Positions 1 to 9,109 of a stretch of DNA of 64,000 nt are shown piece by piece. This stretch comes from Thermodesulfobacteriota bacterium. GTDB taxonomy: Bacteria > Desulfobacterota > Desulfobacteria > Desulfobacterales > C00003060. The notes beneath the pieces were generated by a model. It was not told the DNA's origin, made no database searches, and was given only the letters and a program-made list of their open reading frames with translations. Position 1 is the stretch's first letter. Each line of letters opens with the position of its first letter. Position numbers and translations under genes: made by a program. Location of the stretch: assembly GCA_034189385.1 (NCBI GenBank), contig JAXHVD010000008.1:1-64000 (forward strand), in the 5' to 3' direction.

Positions 1-2
1 TT

Positions 3-118
3 GAAGGGGTGAACAACAAAATAAAGGTCATTAAGCGTAAAGCCTATGGGTTCCATGATCTGCGCTACTTTACACTGAAAATCTACCAGGCTTTCTACAA
101 CTAATTGGGAGAAGAGCC
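3..118 (+). mobile_element. 3' end of ISL3-family transposase and right terminal repeat (element runs off the left edge)
   Basis: Frame 3 reads EGVNNKIKVIKRKAYGFHDLRYFTLKIYQAFYN* (ISL3 C-terminal motif). The element ends in ...GAAGAGCC, the reverse complement of the GGCTCTT ISL3 terminus, followed by AT-rich AAAATATT. Confidence 0.85.
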
Positions 119-1756
119 AAAAATATTGGCAATCTGGGCTTTGACCTTTTTGGAGATACGGCAGAGGAAGAAGAAAACAAGGTGCAGCCTGTTGCAAATC
201 TTACGTATGCAGTGGGTCGCTATGGCGGTCAATACATCCTGAAACAATTTTCCGATATGATCGAATCTCCAGGTGAAATCATAATAGAAAATCCGGGCGT
301 TATCAGCGGGCTTGGCAAGTCATTATATAATGAACCTTATCATGAATATTTATTCAGCCTAGTTGATAGCCTTGGCCAAGAACATAGCAATATTATTTTT
401 GCTCCTAACCCCCCACATGCGAGAAAAACTGCTGATTTTTTATCTAAAAGAATGAAAACTTCCCAAGATATTCATGGCACCTTGCGGTCTCTATCGGAAT
501 ATATCAAAAAGTTTGTTCATCCCTCTTACGACCTGTCAGATATGGTACTTAATGGAGTAGCTTACCATACCGGAAAAACACCTTTCCACGTCAGACGTGT
601 TATTGAGGAAGGATACTCAGATGGGCTCATAAAAAACATCGTATGCACAACTACCTTAATGCAAGGTGTAAACCTTCCAGCCCAAAATCTTTTTATACGG
701 AACCCGAGACTCTTTGTTAGGAGAACGTCTCCCAATGCCCCAGAACTTTCTAACTATGAGTTTGCAAACCTGAGAGGAAGAGCGGGTAGACTGTTAAAAG
801 ATTTTATTGGACGAACAATAGTTCTTGATGAATCATCTTTTGCACCAGAAGACGGCGAAGAAGACAAACTATTTGGGGACACCCACAAGGAACTAAAAGC
901 TGGATACAAGGAACTTTACGAAGAGTATGAAGAGGAAATTCTGTCAAGTATTTTCAACGATGAGGAAGTTTCAAGTGGGCCTGAAAAATACATTTTAACC
1001 TATATTCGGCAAACCTTATTACGCTTAAAAGAAAAAGGGCTGGAGAGGCTTCAAGAGGTCGGAGTAAATATTTCACAGGAATACGCTGAGAAAATACTAA
1101 AAAGGCTGTCTGATTTGAAAATACCATATCCTTTTTGTATTCAAAATCGCTATTGGGACCCGCTTGATTTAGAACAAATTTATCAGGACTATACAAATGG
1201 CCAAATCCCACCACTTACTCCAAACATATGGGATTCAGATTTGGTCACAAATCTCCGGGAACTAATCATCTATCACCTTGAGAACTTTCACTACTATTTC
1301 CAAAGGTATCTCGGGAACCCTCGCGGTAATATTGACAAATTTGTATGGGGACTATGCAAGTATGCTGAAAGTTGGGGAAGAGAAAACATGCTTTCAGAAA
1401 TTCTTTCAAGAAGAGGGTTTACTGGAGACATAAACAACGAAATAGACAATGCCATTTCAATGTTAACAGGGAAAGTGGTTTATGGCCTCCCAATGCTATT
1501 AAAACCTATTGCATCAATCTCAGATGAAGAAAATCCAGTTTTAAACATTATAGAACAAGGAGCATACAATAGTATCACAAGACTCTTAATAGATAAGGGG
1601 GTCCCTCGAGACACATCAATACACCTTCAGCGGACAATTCTGTCAGACATACAAGGTGACGAAACAAATTTATCTGAATTGGTTTCAAAAAGAATTCAAC
1701 GTAACTCAGCTCAAATAGACTACTGGACAATGAAACAACTTAACTCAATTATTTAG
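119..1756 (+). pseudogene. C-terminal part of an SF2 Ski2-like DEAD/DEAH helicase (HamB-like), interrupted by ISL3
   Basis: Motifs GVAYHTG, CTTTLMQGVNLPA and ANLRGRAGR. The frame is open back to the IS end at 119, and Walker A and DExH are absent. Confidence 0.75.
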
Positions 1757-1760
1757 GTGT

Positions 1761-1864
1761 ACCAATGGGGACTGGTGGGGACGTCCGTAAATAAGTAAAT
1801 AAAACTGGTTGATGGGGAGTTAGTTACTTTCCAGAGGACATCCCCATTGACCCATATTGACCCA
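1761..1864 (+). repeat. REP-like hairpin element type A, copy 1
   Basis: 27-mer TGGGGACGTCCGTAAATAAGTAAATAA at 1776-1802. Right arm GGACATCCCCATTG at 1836-1849 is complementary to CAATGGGGACGTCC. Confidence 0.8.
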
Positions 1865-1919
1865 CTCCAAGTGGCTTGGTTTAGGAGAGCAGCTTATTCG
1901 AAGAGCAACCAGTAACAGT

Positions 1920-1991
1920 GGCTAACAAGTCGCAAGAGGATCGACGGGCCAACGCTGGCGCGTTTACCGCGTCTCAGTTCCATCGTCAACT
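1920..1991 (+). other. Degenerate attC-like integron recombination site
   Basis: An ORF fragment (SKWLGLGEQLIRRATSNSG*) stops inside GGCTAAC, followed by AAGTCGC...CAGTTCCATC-GTCAACT (R' degenerate, GTC for GTT). Confidence 0.5.
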
Positions 1992-2038
1992 GCCTCCAAT
2001 ATGAAGTAAATGAATAAGGTTGAATGAAAGAATAATCC

Positions 2039-2409
2039 ATGGATAACAAAATAAGATGGCTAAGAATTGCTTATTGGACTGCTGCTATTGCGGACTTTCT
2101 TGTTGCTATCTTGGTACTCATTCCTACAAGAATGGGGGTCACTCATTATGTGTACCCTATGGACTTATGTCTGCAGTGGCCTTTTCTTGGGGTGTGCTAC
2201 TAATTTTCGCCGATAAACATCCGATTGAAAGACGCTGGATCTTAATTCCTACTATTTTGGTGGTGGCTCTGTTGGGTGTTGTTGCACTGCATGCCGGATT
2301 AACGGGATTGATACCCTTAGGCAGGGTAATTCCTACAGTTATTGTAACGGTTATTGTACTCTCGATATTGGTCTATAGTTATATGAATGCCCGCAATCTA
2401 AAGGAATAG
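2039..2409 (+). pseudogene. Small membrane protein with a frameshift near 2161
   Basis: ATG2039 frame gives MDNKIRWLRIAYWTAAIADFLVAILVLIP...YVYPM, and the hydrophobic continuation GLMSAVAFSWGVLLIFADKHPIERRW lies in another frame. One missing G in ATGG(G)A restores it. Confidence 0.6.
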
Positions 2410-2443
2410 CAATGCCTTATATGGGTATTATGAATAAATTTTT

Positions 2444-2583
2444 GGGCACGTTGTTCAGTTTTGCCGTGTTCAGAAGAATGCAACGATTACGGTCAAAACA
2501 TATTCGCCCTGGAGCTTGCATTGATGCCCTAGGCAAAGGCACATTGGACAATCGGACAAAAGGTCAAATGTAGAAAAGTAAAA
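2444..2583. repeat. Imperfect-palindrome element type C, copy 1 (similar to 5364-5513)
   Basis: Shares ACGGTCAAAA..ATTCG.CC.GGAG.TTGCATTGAT and CAAATGT.GAAAAGT with 5364-5513. Confidence 0.6.
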
Positions 2584-2591
2584 ATATTTGG

Positions 2592-3856
2592 GGTCAGGTC
2601 TGCTCTTGGCTCTTGACAGAAAAAAACCAAGAGTCAAAGGGAGACTTGACGAGAGAATTTTTTGTTTGCTCACACCATTTTCAATCCGACCGACGGCTTG
2701 CTATAAACTTACCGATTTTGAACCGGAGGTGGCGAAAGTGATTGAAGATCTCTCCCAAGTCAGATGGTTTTTCACCGGTTTTTCACCATGCTCTAACCCG
2801 AACCACGGGTGGCATATGGAGCAACACCCCAAAGTGTGCATACCTGGCTCCTGAGAGCACCGTTTTTGTGCTGTCGGGAGTCGAATCACCCCTAAAGATA
2901 AAGCTGTCCCTTGGATTTTCAGCGCGACGGGACCTAGACACGCCACACACTGCCCGAAGGAAAGGGATAAGTAGGAACGAACAGGGTCGGCGCATCTGCG
3001 TGTGCGTGTTGCGGTTGCCATTGATGGACACAATGGAGGGTGGTTATGGAAGGTTCGAGCAAGATGAAAAAAAGGCTTGCTGGCGTATGCGCGGCAATCG
3101 TCGCATCCGTACTGGCAGGTATGATTCTATACTTTGCTTTACCTGGCAGGGGGGAAGAGCACACTCCCCTGACTGCTGCGGACCAATTTTCAGTGGCAGA
3201 AGGAGACGAATTAGGCGTCCCTGCTCCAGGCGTCCTGGAAAATGATAAAGATCCTGACGGCAATACCCTGACGGCGTTGCTGGTATCGGACGTATCCCAT
3301 GGGAAATTACTGCTCAAACCGGATGGTTCGCTGTCCTATAGGCCGCAGTCTGACTTCAGTGGGAAGGATAGGTTCTTCTACCGGGCAAGGGATTTCATAA
3401 ATGAATCGGAACCTACGGAGGTAACGATTACAGTGATTGCGGAAGCAAAGAACGATTTTGATCCTCCGATCACAGCGAGCAGCGCCACGATGGTGCGTCC
3501 GTGGAACGAAATAAAGGTCACCTATCGGTATATAGGCGACTGCGGAGCCGATGTATGCATGACCGCCCATCCGCTACTGAGCAGTGGAGAACACGTTCCA
3601 GGATACATCGCACAGGCTTTTCCCATAGCCAAGGGATGTCATTGCCTTCGATTACGCATGAAACTAGACTGCAGACACGGGCCATACGTGATTACAGGCA
3701 TCCGATTGACTATGCGTGATACGCAGGGAATGCCCTTCTACAATGAGGAGTTTGCGCTCGATCATCCCTGGAACTGGAAGGGATGAGCATGCGGCTTTTG
3801 GGGGACGCCCTGGACTGGCAGGACTTGCTTGTTTGGGGACATATTGCTACGGCAGG
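2592..3856 (+). repeat. ~1.27 kb direct duplication, copy 1 (starts with type B hairpin 2590-2650)
   Basis: Near-identical to 6095-7359 (offset 3503). The hairpin is GTCAGGTCT..CTTGGCTCTTG..CAAGAGTCAA..AGACTTGAC. Confidence 0.95.
3046..3786 (+). CDS. Membrane-anchored Ig-like/cadherin-like (Big_9-type) domain protein, copy 1
   Basis: N-terminal TM helix; motif D.F.V.E..L.V.APGVL.ND.DPDG..L....G.L.L.PDGS..Y.P...F.G.D.F.Y; GGAGG RBS. Confidence 0.75.
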   Translation: MEGSSKMKKRLAGVCAAIVASVLAGMILYFALPGRGEEHTPLTAADQFSVAEGDELGVPAPGVLENDKDPDGNTLTALLVSDVSHGKLLLKPDGSLSYRPQSDFSGKDRFFYRARDFINESEPTEVTITVIAEAKNDFDPPITASSATMVRPWNEIKVTYRYIGDCGADVCMTAHPLLSSGEHVPGYIAQAFPIAKGCHCLRLRMKLDCRHGPYVITGIRLTMRDTQGMPFYNEEFALDHPWNWKG

Positions 3857-3981
3857 GAACCAATGGGAACCAATGGGGACGTCCGTAAATAAGTAAATAA
3901 ACCTGGTGGCCGGTGAGTTAGTTACGTTCTTACGGACGTCCGGGTCGGCTACGCGGACGTCCCGGTCGGCTACGGTCGGCT
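3857..3981 (+). repeat. REP-like hairpin element type A, copy 2
   Basis: 27-mer at 3874-3900 and a perfect 12-bp stem GGACGTCCGTAA/TTACGGACGTCC. Flanking micro-duplications AACCAATGGG x2 and GGTCGGCTA x3. Confidence 0.85.
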
Positions 3982-3994
3982 ATTTTGAGGTTAT

Positions 3995-4873
3995 ATGGCA
4001 CACCTGTTGAAAATTCGAAAAGGTTGGGAAAATGAAACTTTGGCAAAATTTATTCTATCAAAATTCTCATTTATTTCACGACCCTCAACCGTAGCAGATG
4101 ATGTGGGTGCTGATTTTTTCTGTACATTCTTTTTTAAAATATCAAAAGATAGAAAAACTAAAAACAATAGAATGGTTAAGGATGTCTTTATTTATCCTAA
4201 ACATTCATTTGCTATTCAGATAAAAAGTAGCAGAAGGCAAATTAATCTCACAAACAAACTTGAGTTTTTTGATAATTTGGAGACCCCTTTCTTCATTGGG
4301 GTTGTCAACCAAAAAAAGCTTTCTATGACGATTTATTCCGGTGATGTAATCCCTGAATTATTTTCATTAGTTGGATTGCCGACAAGCAACAAAGACATTA
4401 CAGTAAGAGCGGCTTTTTTAGACGAACGAAAGGATCACGGTCAACAACCAAGACAAACTAAATATACCGTTCCGTTTTTCAAGATTGGAGAAATATGTGC
4501 TGGCGATACTGAGGAAAAGGTCAAGGCATTTGTTGAAGAGTTCTCTGAATTATGTCTGAATTACCAAAGAAATATTATTTCAAAAAAGAAACATCAGTAT
4601 ATTTTTCATGATGCGGTGACATTGGAACCTAAAATAATTTTTGGCAGTGGTTCTTATCAAGTGTGTAGAAACAATTTCATTGAGAGATTAGCAGAGGTTA
4701 TTTGTAACTTGGCATGGGCAGCCCCACAAATTAGAGATAAAGACAAAAAACTGTTTTTGAAAGAGTATGACTTATACAAGCAATTGTATTTTGATGTTAC
4801 GAAATTCTACGGTGAAGGCGTTTTCTTAAAAGGATGTTTTGAAAGGATGGAAGGTGCTGTAAGACAAATATAA
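3995..4873 (+). CDS. Putative PD-(D/E)xK nuclease (DUF4365-like)
   Basis: DDVGAD...FAIQIKS motif; AT-rich; bounded by GTTATAT (3990) and ATATAAC (4868). Confidence 0.55.
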   Translation: MAHLLKIRKGWENETLAKFILSKFSFISRPSTVADDVGADFFCTFFFKISKDRKTKNNRMVKDVFIYPKHSFAIQIKSSRRQINLTNKLEFFDNLETPFFIGVVNQKKLSMTIYSGDVIPELFSLVGLPTSNKDITVRAAFLDERKDHGQQPRQTKYTVPFFKIGEICAGDTEEKVKAFVEEFSELCLNYQRNIISKKKHQYIFHDAVTLEPKIIFGSGSYQVCRNNFIERLAEVICNLAWAAPQIRDKDKKLFLKEYDLYKQLYFDVTKFYGEGVFLKGCFERMEGAVRQI

Positions 4874-4883
4874 CGTTGGGAAG

Positions 4884-5085
4884 CTGAATTCTACTTCAAA
4901 GTGCACCATTTAAGATAACTAAAGGACATGACAGGGTTTCTGATAGTGTAGGAAGCACGACCAACCTTACACCCAGAAGGAGCCTGCCATGCCCTACACC
5001 CATCTTACAGAAAATGAGAGATATGTCATCAGTCATTTAAGCGTTGCCGGTTATCCTCTGAGAGAGATCGCTCGAAGGATCAAGG
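4884..5085 (+). mobile_element. Truncated IS30-family element (left end plus transposase N-terminus)
   Basis: ATG4989 gives MPYTHLTENERYVISHLSVAGYPLREIARRIK (IS30 HTH N-terminus), cut at the type A repeat. The left boundary is approximate. Confidence 0.7.
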
Positions 5086-5182
5086 AAACCAATGGGAAAC
5101 CGATGGGGACGTCCGTAAATAAGTAAATAAGCCTAGTTGGCGAGGGGTTAGTTACTTTGTGTTTTCTGAGAAATAAGTCCCT
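5086..5182 (+). repeat. REP-like element type A, copy 3
   Basis: 27-mer at 5104-5130 plus TTAGTTACTT inner arm. Confidence 0.8.
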
Positions 5183-5300
5183 CTTTTTGGGCCCAAGTCG
5201 ATTTGTGACGGCCAGCCTCGGCTCAACACAAAGGCGAGGCGAGATTTGGGGGCTATGCGGGACGCTCTTAAGAGACTAAGTCGAAGGACAGGAGACTCAA

Positions 5301-5355
5301 GGGGACGTCTATAAAATTATGGAACCAATGGGGACGTCCGTAAATAAGTAAATAA
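5301..5355 (+). repeat. REP-like element type A, copy 4 (left arm only) plus a partial GGGGACGTC
   Basis: 27-mer at 5329-5355; GGGGACGTCT at 5301. Confidence 0.8.
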
Positions 5356-5363
5356 GGGACTTT

Positions 5364-5513
5364 GAGGTACGTTTTTTACTTTTGCAGCTTTGACAATAAT
5401 GGAACAATCACGGTCAAAAAGAATTCGTCCAGGAGTTTGCATTGATTACACGAGCCAACGATGCCGTTGGTAATAGCATAAGAGGCCAAATGTGGAAAAG
5501 TGAATGGCGTCCC
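5364..5513. repeat. Imperfect-palindrome element type C, copy 2
   Basis: GGTACGTTTTTTACTTTT ... AAAAGTGAATGGCGTCCC imperfect inverted arms; homologous to 2444-2583. Confidence 0.6.
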
Positions 5514-5540
5514 TCTTCTCTTTCAAGGAGAAGGTAACAA

Positions 5541-6032
5541 TTGAGTCTACTTGATCCATTTTATGCGAAGTCATTTCTTGAGCAATACAAGCGACTTCTT
5601 TCGGAGGTAGCGGGGAAGCAACTCGATGACACTGCCGACTATGTTGAAGCACGAGAGGTCTTGTACGCGGACGGTTTCAATAAGACACACCACATGGGCC
5701 CCAAATACGACACCTCATTTATCGAAGCAATTGGAAATGCAGAATATGGAATGTTTATTTACGGCAAGAAGTACAAACAAGGGTATGCTCTAAAATCAAA
5801 AGATAATATTTGGTACTGCGTACAAGCTCTTACTACCCCTCTTGAGGAAATGTTGCCTGATTGGATAGTAGTAGATACTGCGATACTTCCTTACCATGAC
5901 AACTATATTTGTGATGGGCTTATAATTGATAAGCATGTATCCATTGGAAAGAATATGATACATGACATGATTCAGGATCTTAAGATTGAGAGACCAAAGT
6001 GGTCATCTAAGTGCATGAAATCGGACCGGTAA
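5541..6032 (+). CDS. Hypothetical protein (cassette-like)
   Basis: 163-aa AT-rich ORF with AAGGAG RBS. The 3' end ATCTAAGTGCATGAAATCGGAC resembles a damaged attC left half. Confidence 0.6.
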   Translation: MSLLDPFYAKSFLEQYKRLLSEVAGKQLDDTADYVEAREVLYADGFNKTHHMGPKYDTSFIEAIGNAEYGMFIYGKKYKQGYALKSKDNIWYCVQALTTPLEEMLPDWIVVDTAILPYHDNYICDGLIIDKHVSIGKNMIHDMIQDLKIERPKWSSKCMKSDR

Positions 6033-6094
6033 GGAAAAGCCCAGGAGCGCATCTTAATTTGTAACTATTGGCTCTTGAGGGGAAAAAGCATTGT

Positions 6095-7359
6095 GGTCAG
6101 GTCTGCTCTTGGCTCTTGACAGAAAAAACCAAGAGTCAAAGGGAGACTTGACGAGAGAAGTTGTTGTTTGCTGACACCATTTTCAATCAAACCGACGGCT
6201 TGCTATAAACTTACCGATTTTGAACCGGAGGTGGCGAAAGTGATTGAAGATCTCTCCCAAGTCAGATGGTTTTTCACCGGTTTTTCACCATGCTCTAAGC
6301 TGAACCACGGGTGGCATATGGAGCAACACCCCAAAGTGTGCCTACCTGGCTCCTGAGAGCACCGTTTTTGTGCTGTCGGGAGTCGAATCACTCCTAAAGA
6401 TAAGGCCTGTCCCTTGGAGTTTCACCGCGACGGGACCTAAACACGCCACACACTGCCCGAAGGAAAGGGATAAGTAGGAACGAACAGGGTCGGCGCATCT
6501 GCGTGTGCGTGTTGCGGTTGCCATTGATGAACACAATGGAGGGTGGTTATGGAAGGTTCGAGCAAGATGAAAAAAAGGCTTGCTGGCGTATGCGCGGCAA
6601 TCGTCGCATCCGCACTGGCAGGTATGATTCTATACACTTTTGTACCTGGCAGGGGGGAAGAGCACACTCCCCTGACTGCTGCGGACCAATTTTTAGTGGC
6701 AGAAGGAGACGAATTAGGCGTCCCTGCTCCGGGCGTCCTGGAAAATGATAAAGATCCTGACGGCAATACCCTGACGGCGTTGCTGGTATCGGACGTATCC
6801 CATGGGAAATTACTGCTCAAACCGGATGGGTCGCTGTCCTATAGGCCGCAGTCTGACTTCAGTGGGAAGGATAGGTTCTACTACCGGGCAAGGGATTTCA
6901 TAAATGAATCGGAACCTACGGAGGTAACGATTACAGTGATTGCGGAAGCAAAGAACGATTTTGATCCTCCGATCACAGCGAGCAGCGCCACGATGGCGCG
7001 TCCGTGGAACGAAATAGAGGTCAGCTATCGGTATATAGGCGACTGCGGAACCGATGTATGCATGACCGCCCATCCGCTACTGAGCAGTGGAGAAGATGTC
7101 CCAGGATACATCGCACAGGCTTTTCCCATAGCCAAGGGATGTCATTGCCTTCGATTACGCATGAAACTAGACTGCAGACACGGGCCATACGTGATTACAG
7201 GCATCCGATTGACTATGCGTGATACGCAGGGAATGCCCTTCTACAATGAGGAGTTTGCGCTCGATCATCCCTGGAACTGGAAGGGATGAGCATGCGGCTT
7301 TTGGGGGACGCCCTGGACTGGCAGGACTTGCTTGTTTGGGGACATATTGCTACGGCAGG
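6095..7359 (+). repeat. ~1.27 kb direct duplication, copy 2 (type B hairpin 6095-6152)
   Basis: Near-identical to 2592-3856. Confidence 0.95.
6549..7289 (+). CDS. Membrane-anchored Ig-like/cadherin-like domain protein, copy 2
   Basis: Paralog of 3046-3786, differing at 11 residues by my count. Confidence 0.75.
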   Translation: MEGSSKMKKRLAGVCAAIVASALAGMILYTFVPGRGEEHTPLTAADQFLVAEGDELGVPAPGVLENDKDPDGNTLTALLVSDVSHGKLLLKPDGSLSYRPQSDFSGKDRFYYRARDFINESEPTEVTITVIAEAKNDFDPPITASSATMARPWNEIEVSYRYIGDCGTDVCMTAHPLLSSGEDVPGYIAQAFPIAKGCHCLRLRMKLDCRHGPYVITGIRLTMRDTQGMPFYNEEFALDHPWNWKG

Positions 7360-7530
7360 TACTCTATAACATCGTTCAGTTTTGCAGCGATGGAAATGCA
7401 TGAAGGTTGGAAGAGGCGCGGCAATGGGCATCTATTGATGCGTCTGGCATGGATGAAGGCCGCCATGAAGCATGCAGAGAGACGTGGATAAGCAACGAGC
7501 CTATTCACCCTTCTTCTGAAGCCCCATTGC

Positions 7531-8193
7531 TCAAATGACCCAAATGGGGACGTCGGCCCTCTTTTGAAGAAGCCGTGCGGTTACATTACCCAAGACCGCG
7601 TCTTTGAGCTTGCTGAGGCCTTTTCGCCCAACGACAATGGTCGTGTAGCCTTCCTTGGACTCTTCTACGATATCTCTTGCAACGCTGGCCCGCTTTTTAC
7701 GAATTTGGACCCGAACTGCTTCTTCAGGAAAACCCGCATCAAGGAAGATTTGACGGCCACGCTTCATGAACGCTTCCATGGCGCGTTTTTGCAGCCCCTC
7801 CAAGACCGCTATATCGGCACTCTGTACACGGAACAAGGGATGGGTGCCCATGTCTTTGTAGGATAGGGTTGCCTGTTTTTTCACGTGGAATAGCACCACG
7901 AACGCTCTTTGTCGCGCTACGACCTTGGCCACGTGGCGCACCGCTTCCATGGACCAATCAGAGCCATCAACGGCCAACAATATTTTTTCTTGATATGGCT
8001 CAGTGGTGCGTCTCTTTTTTTCCGCAACGTAACAAGGTTCACAGTAAAGGCCTTCGGGTGTTGCGTAGTGCCTGTCAATAATACACTCGCAGTCGTTACC
8101 GTGATGGACCAGGCCGCATAATCGTTTTTTGCATCTGATACAGAGGCATGGTTCCGCACACATGTCTCTAATGATTCTAATGTCCATTATCAT
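7531..8193 (-). CDS. Universal stress protein with N-terminal Cys-rich extension
   Basis: KILLAVDGS...IVVGRKGLS...VLGNV USP motifs; N-terminal CxxC...CxxC. Confidence 0.8.
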   Translation of the reverse strand: MIMDIRIIRDMCAEPCLCIRCKKRLCGLVHHGNDCECIIDRHYATPEGLYCEPCYVAEKKRRTTEPYQEKILLAVDGSDWSMEAVRHVAKVVARQRAFVVLFHVKKQATLSYKDMGTHPLFRVQSADIAVLEGLQKRAMEAFMKRGRQIFLDAGFPEEAVRVQIRKKRASVARDIVEESKEGYTTIVVGRKGLSKLKDAVLGNVTARLLQKRADVPIWVI

Positions 8194-8546
8194 GATCGGT
8201 TCTCACCGCCTCCGATGAGGTTGGGCTCTGTCCCGTTTCAAAAAGCCCGTGAAAGGAGACCATGTGACACGAATCAGACGACATTTTCGAAAATGACAGA
8301 CAGCCTTAAAACCTATATCATTTCCCTGTGCGGATATCCACTGTAAAAGGCCTGGGGCCATGCCGTCGAAGATGCCTCCTTCTAAAGTTAGATGAACAAA
8401 ACATCCATCAAGGAACACGCCCCTTTTGGGGCTGCTTTGAGGCAGTTGCCTTGGCCTTGACAGGTTTGACGCCATATTGATAGGACTTTCTAGGCAACGG
8501 CATGATGAGTCCTTTGTTTCATCCGGTCCGACAACAGGAGCAGACC

Positions 8547-9086
8547 ATGCCCCTTTATGAAGGTGTTGTGGCAAACCTCATGGCAGACGGCAAGGCCGAG
8601 GTCGTGATTAGGCCCGGGAAGCCGGGTATTCACGGCGCCCCGGAGTTGACCGAAAAAGTGTGTCACTGTGCCACCAATGGCTCTACCGTCAAGACCGAGG
8701 CGTTGAACGGGGTCGGCGCCGGCGTGGGGGATTGGGTCCTGCTGAGTCGGAGAGCCGGTGTGCTGCTGAAGAATGCGGTTGTGCTCTTAGGGATACCCGT
8801 GATAGGAGGACTATCAGGCCTCGTGGCTGGTGCGATTTTTTTTGATGACGTCACTTTTCGGTTCGCGGCCACGGTTGTCTCAGCCGCAGTGGGGCTGTTG
8901 CTGGGACTGGTTGTGGGCGTGGCGACCTATCGACGAATCTCAGTCGACGACCAGCCTGTGATAAGGCGTATCATCAGGAGTCGAACAGATGTGGCCTCTA
9001 TGCCTCATGGTGACCCATCCTCCAATCCCACCTGCGTTTCGAAAGCCGGACCCGATTGCATTCTTTCAAGGCCTCCAAGAAAATAG
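8547..9086 (+). CDS. RseC/MucC-family membrane protein
   Basis: A.N.VGA.VGD.V motif then two TM helices; directly upstream of rnfC. Confidence 0.7.
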   Translation: MPLYEGVVANLMADGKAEVVIRPGKPGIHGAPELTEKVCHCATNGSTVKTEALNGVGAGVGDWVLLSRRAGVLLKNAVVLLGIPVIGGLSGLVAGAIFFDDVTFRFAATVVSAAVGLLLGLVVGVATYRRISVDDQPVIRRIIRSRTDVASMPHGDPSSNPTCVSKAGPDCILSRPPRK

Positions 9087-9109
9087 GTGGTTCCCGATGA
9101 CAGAGAGGG

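Noticed and set aside
1776..5355. 27-bp repeats as a CRISPR array
   Set aside because: Spacing is irregular (hundreds to thousands of bp), genes lie between copies, and no cas genes are visible.
2592..7359. Duplication as a DGR template/variable repeat pair
   Set aside because: Differences are not restricted to adenines, the whole gene is duplicated, and no reverse transcriptase is visible.
8263..8278. CRP/FNR-like TGTGA-N6-TCAGA upstream of rnf
   Set aside because: A single imperfect match with no second instance to support it.
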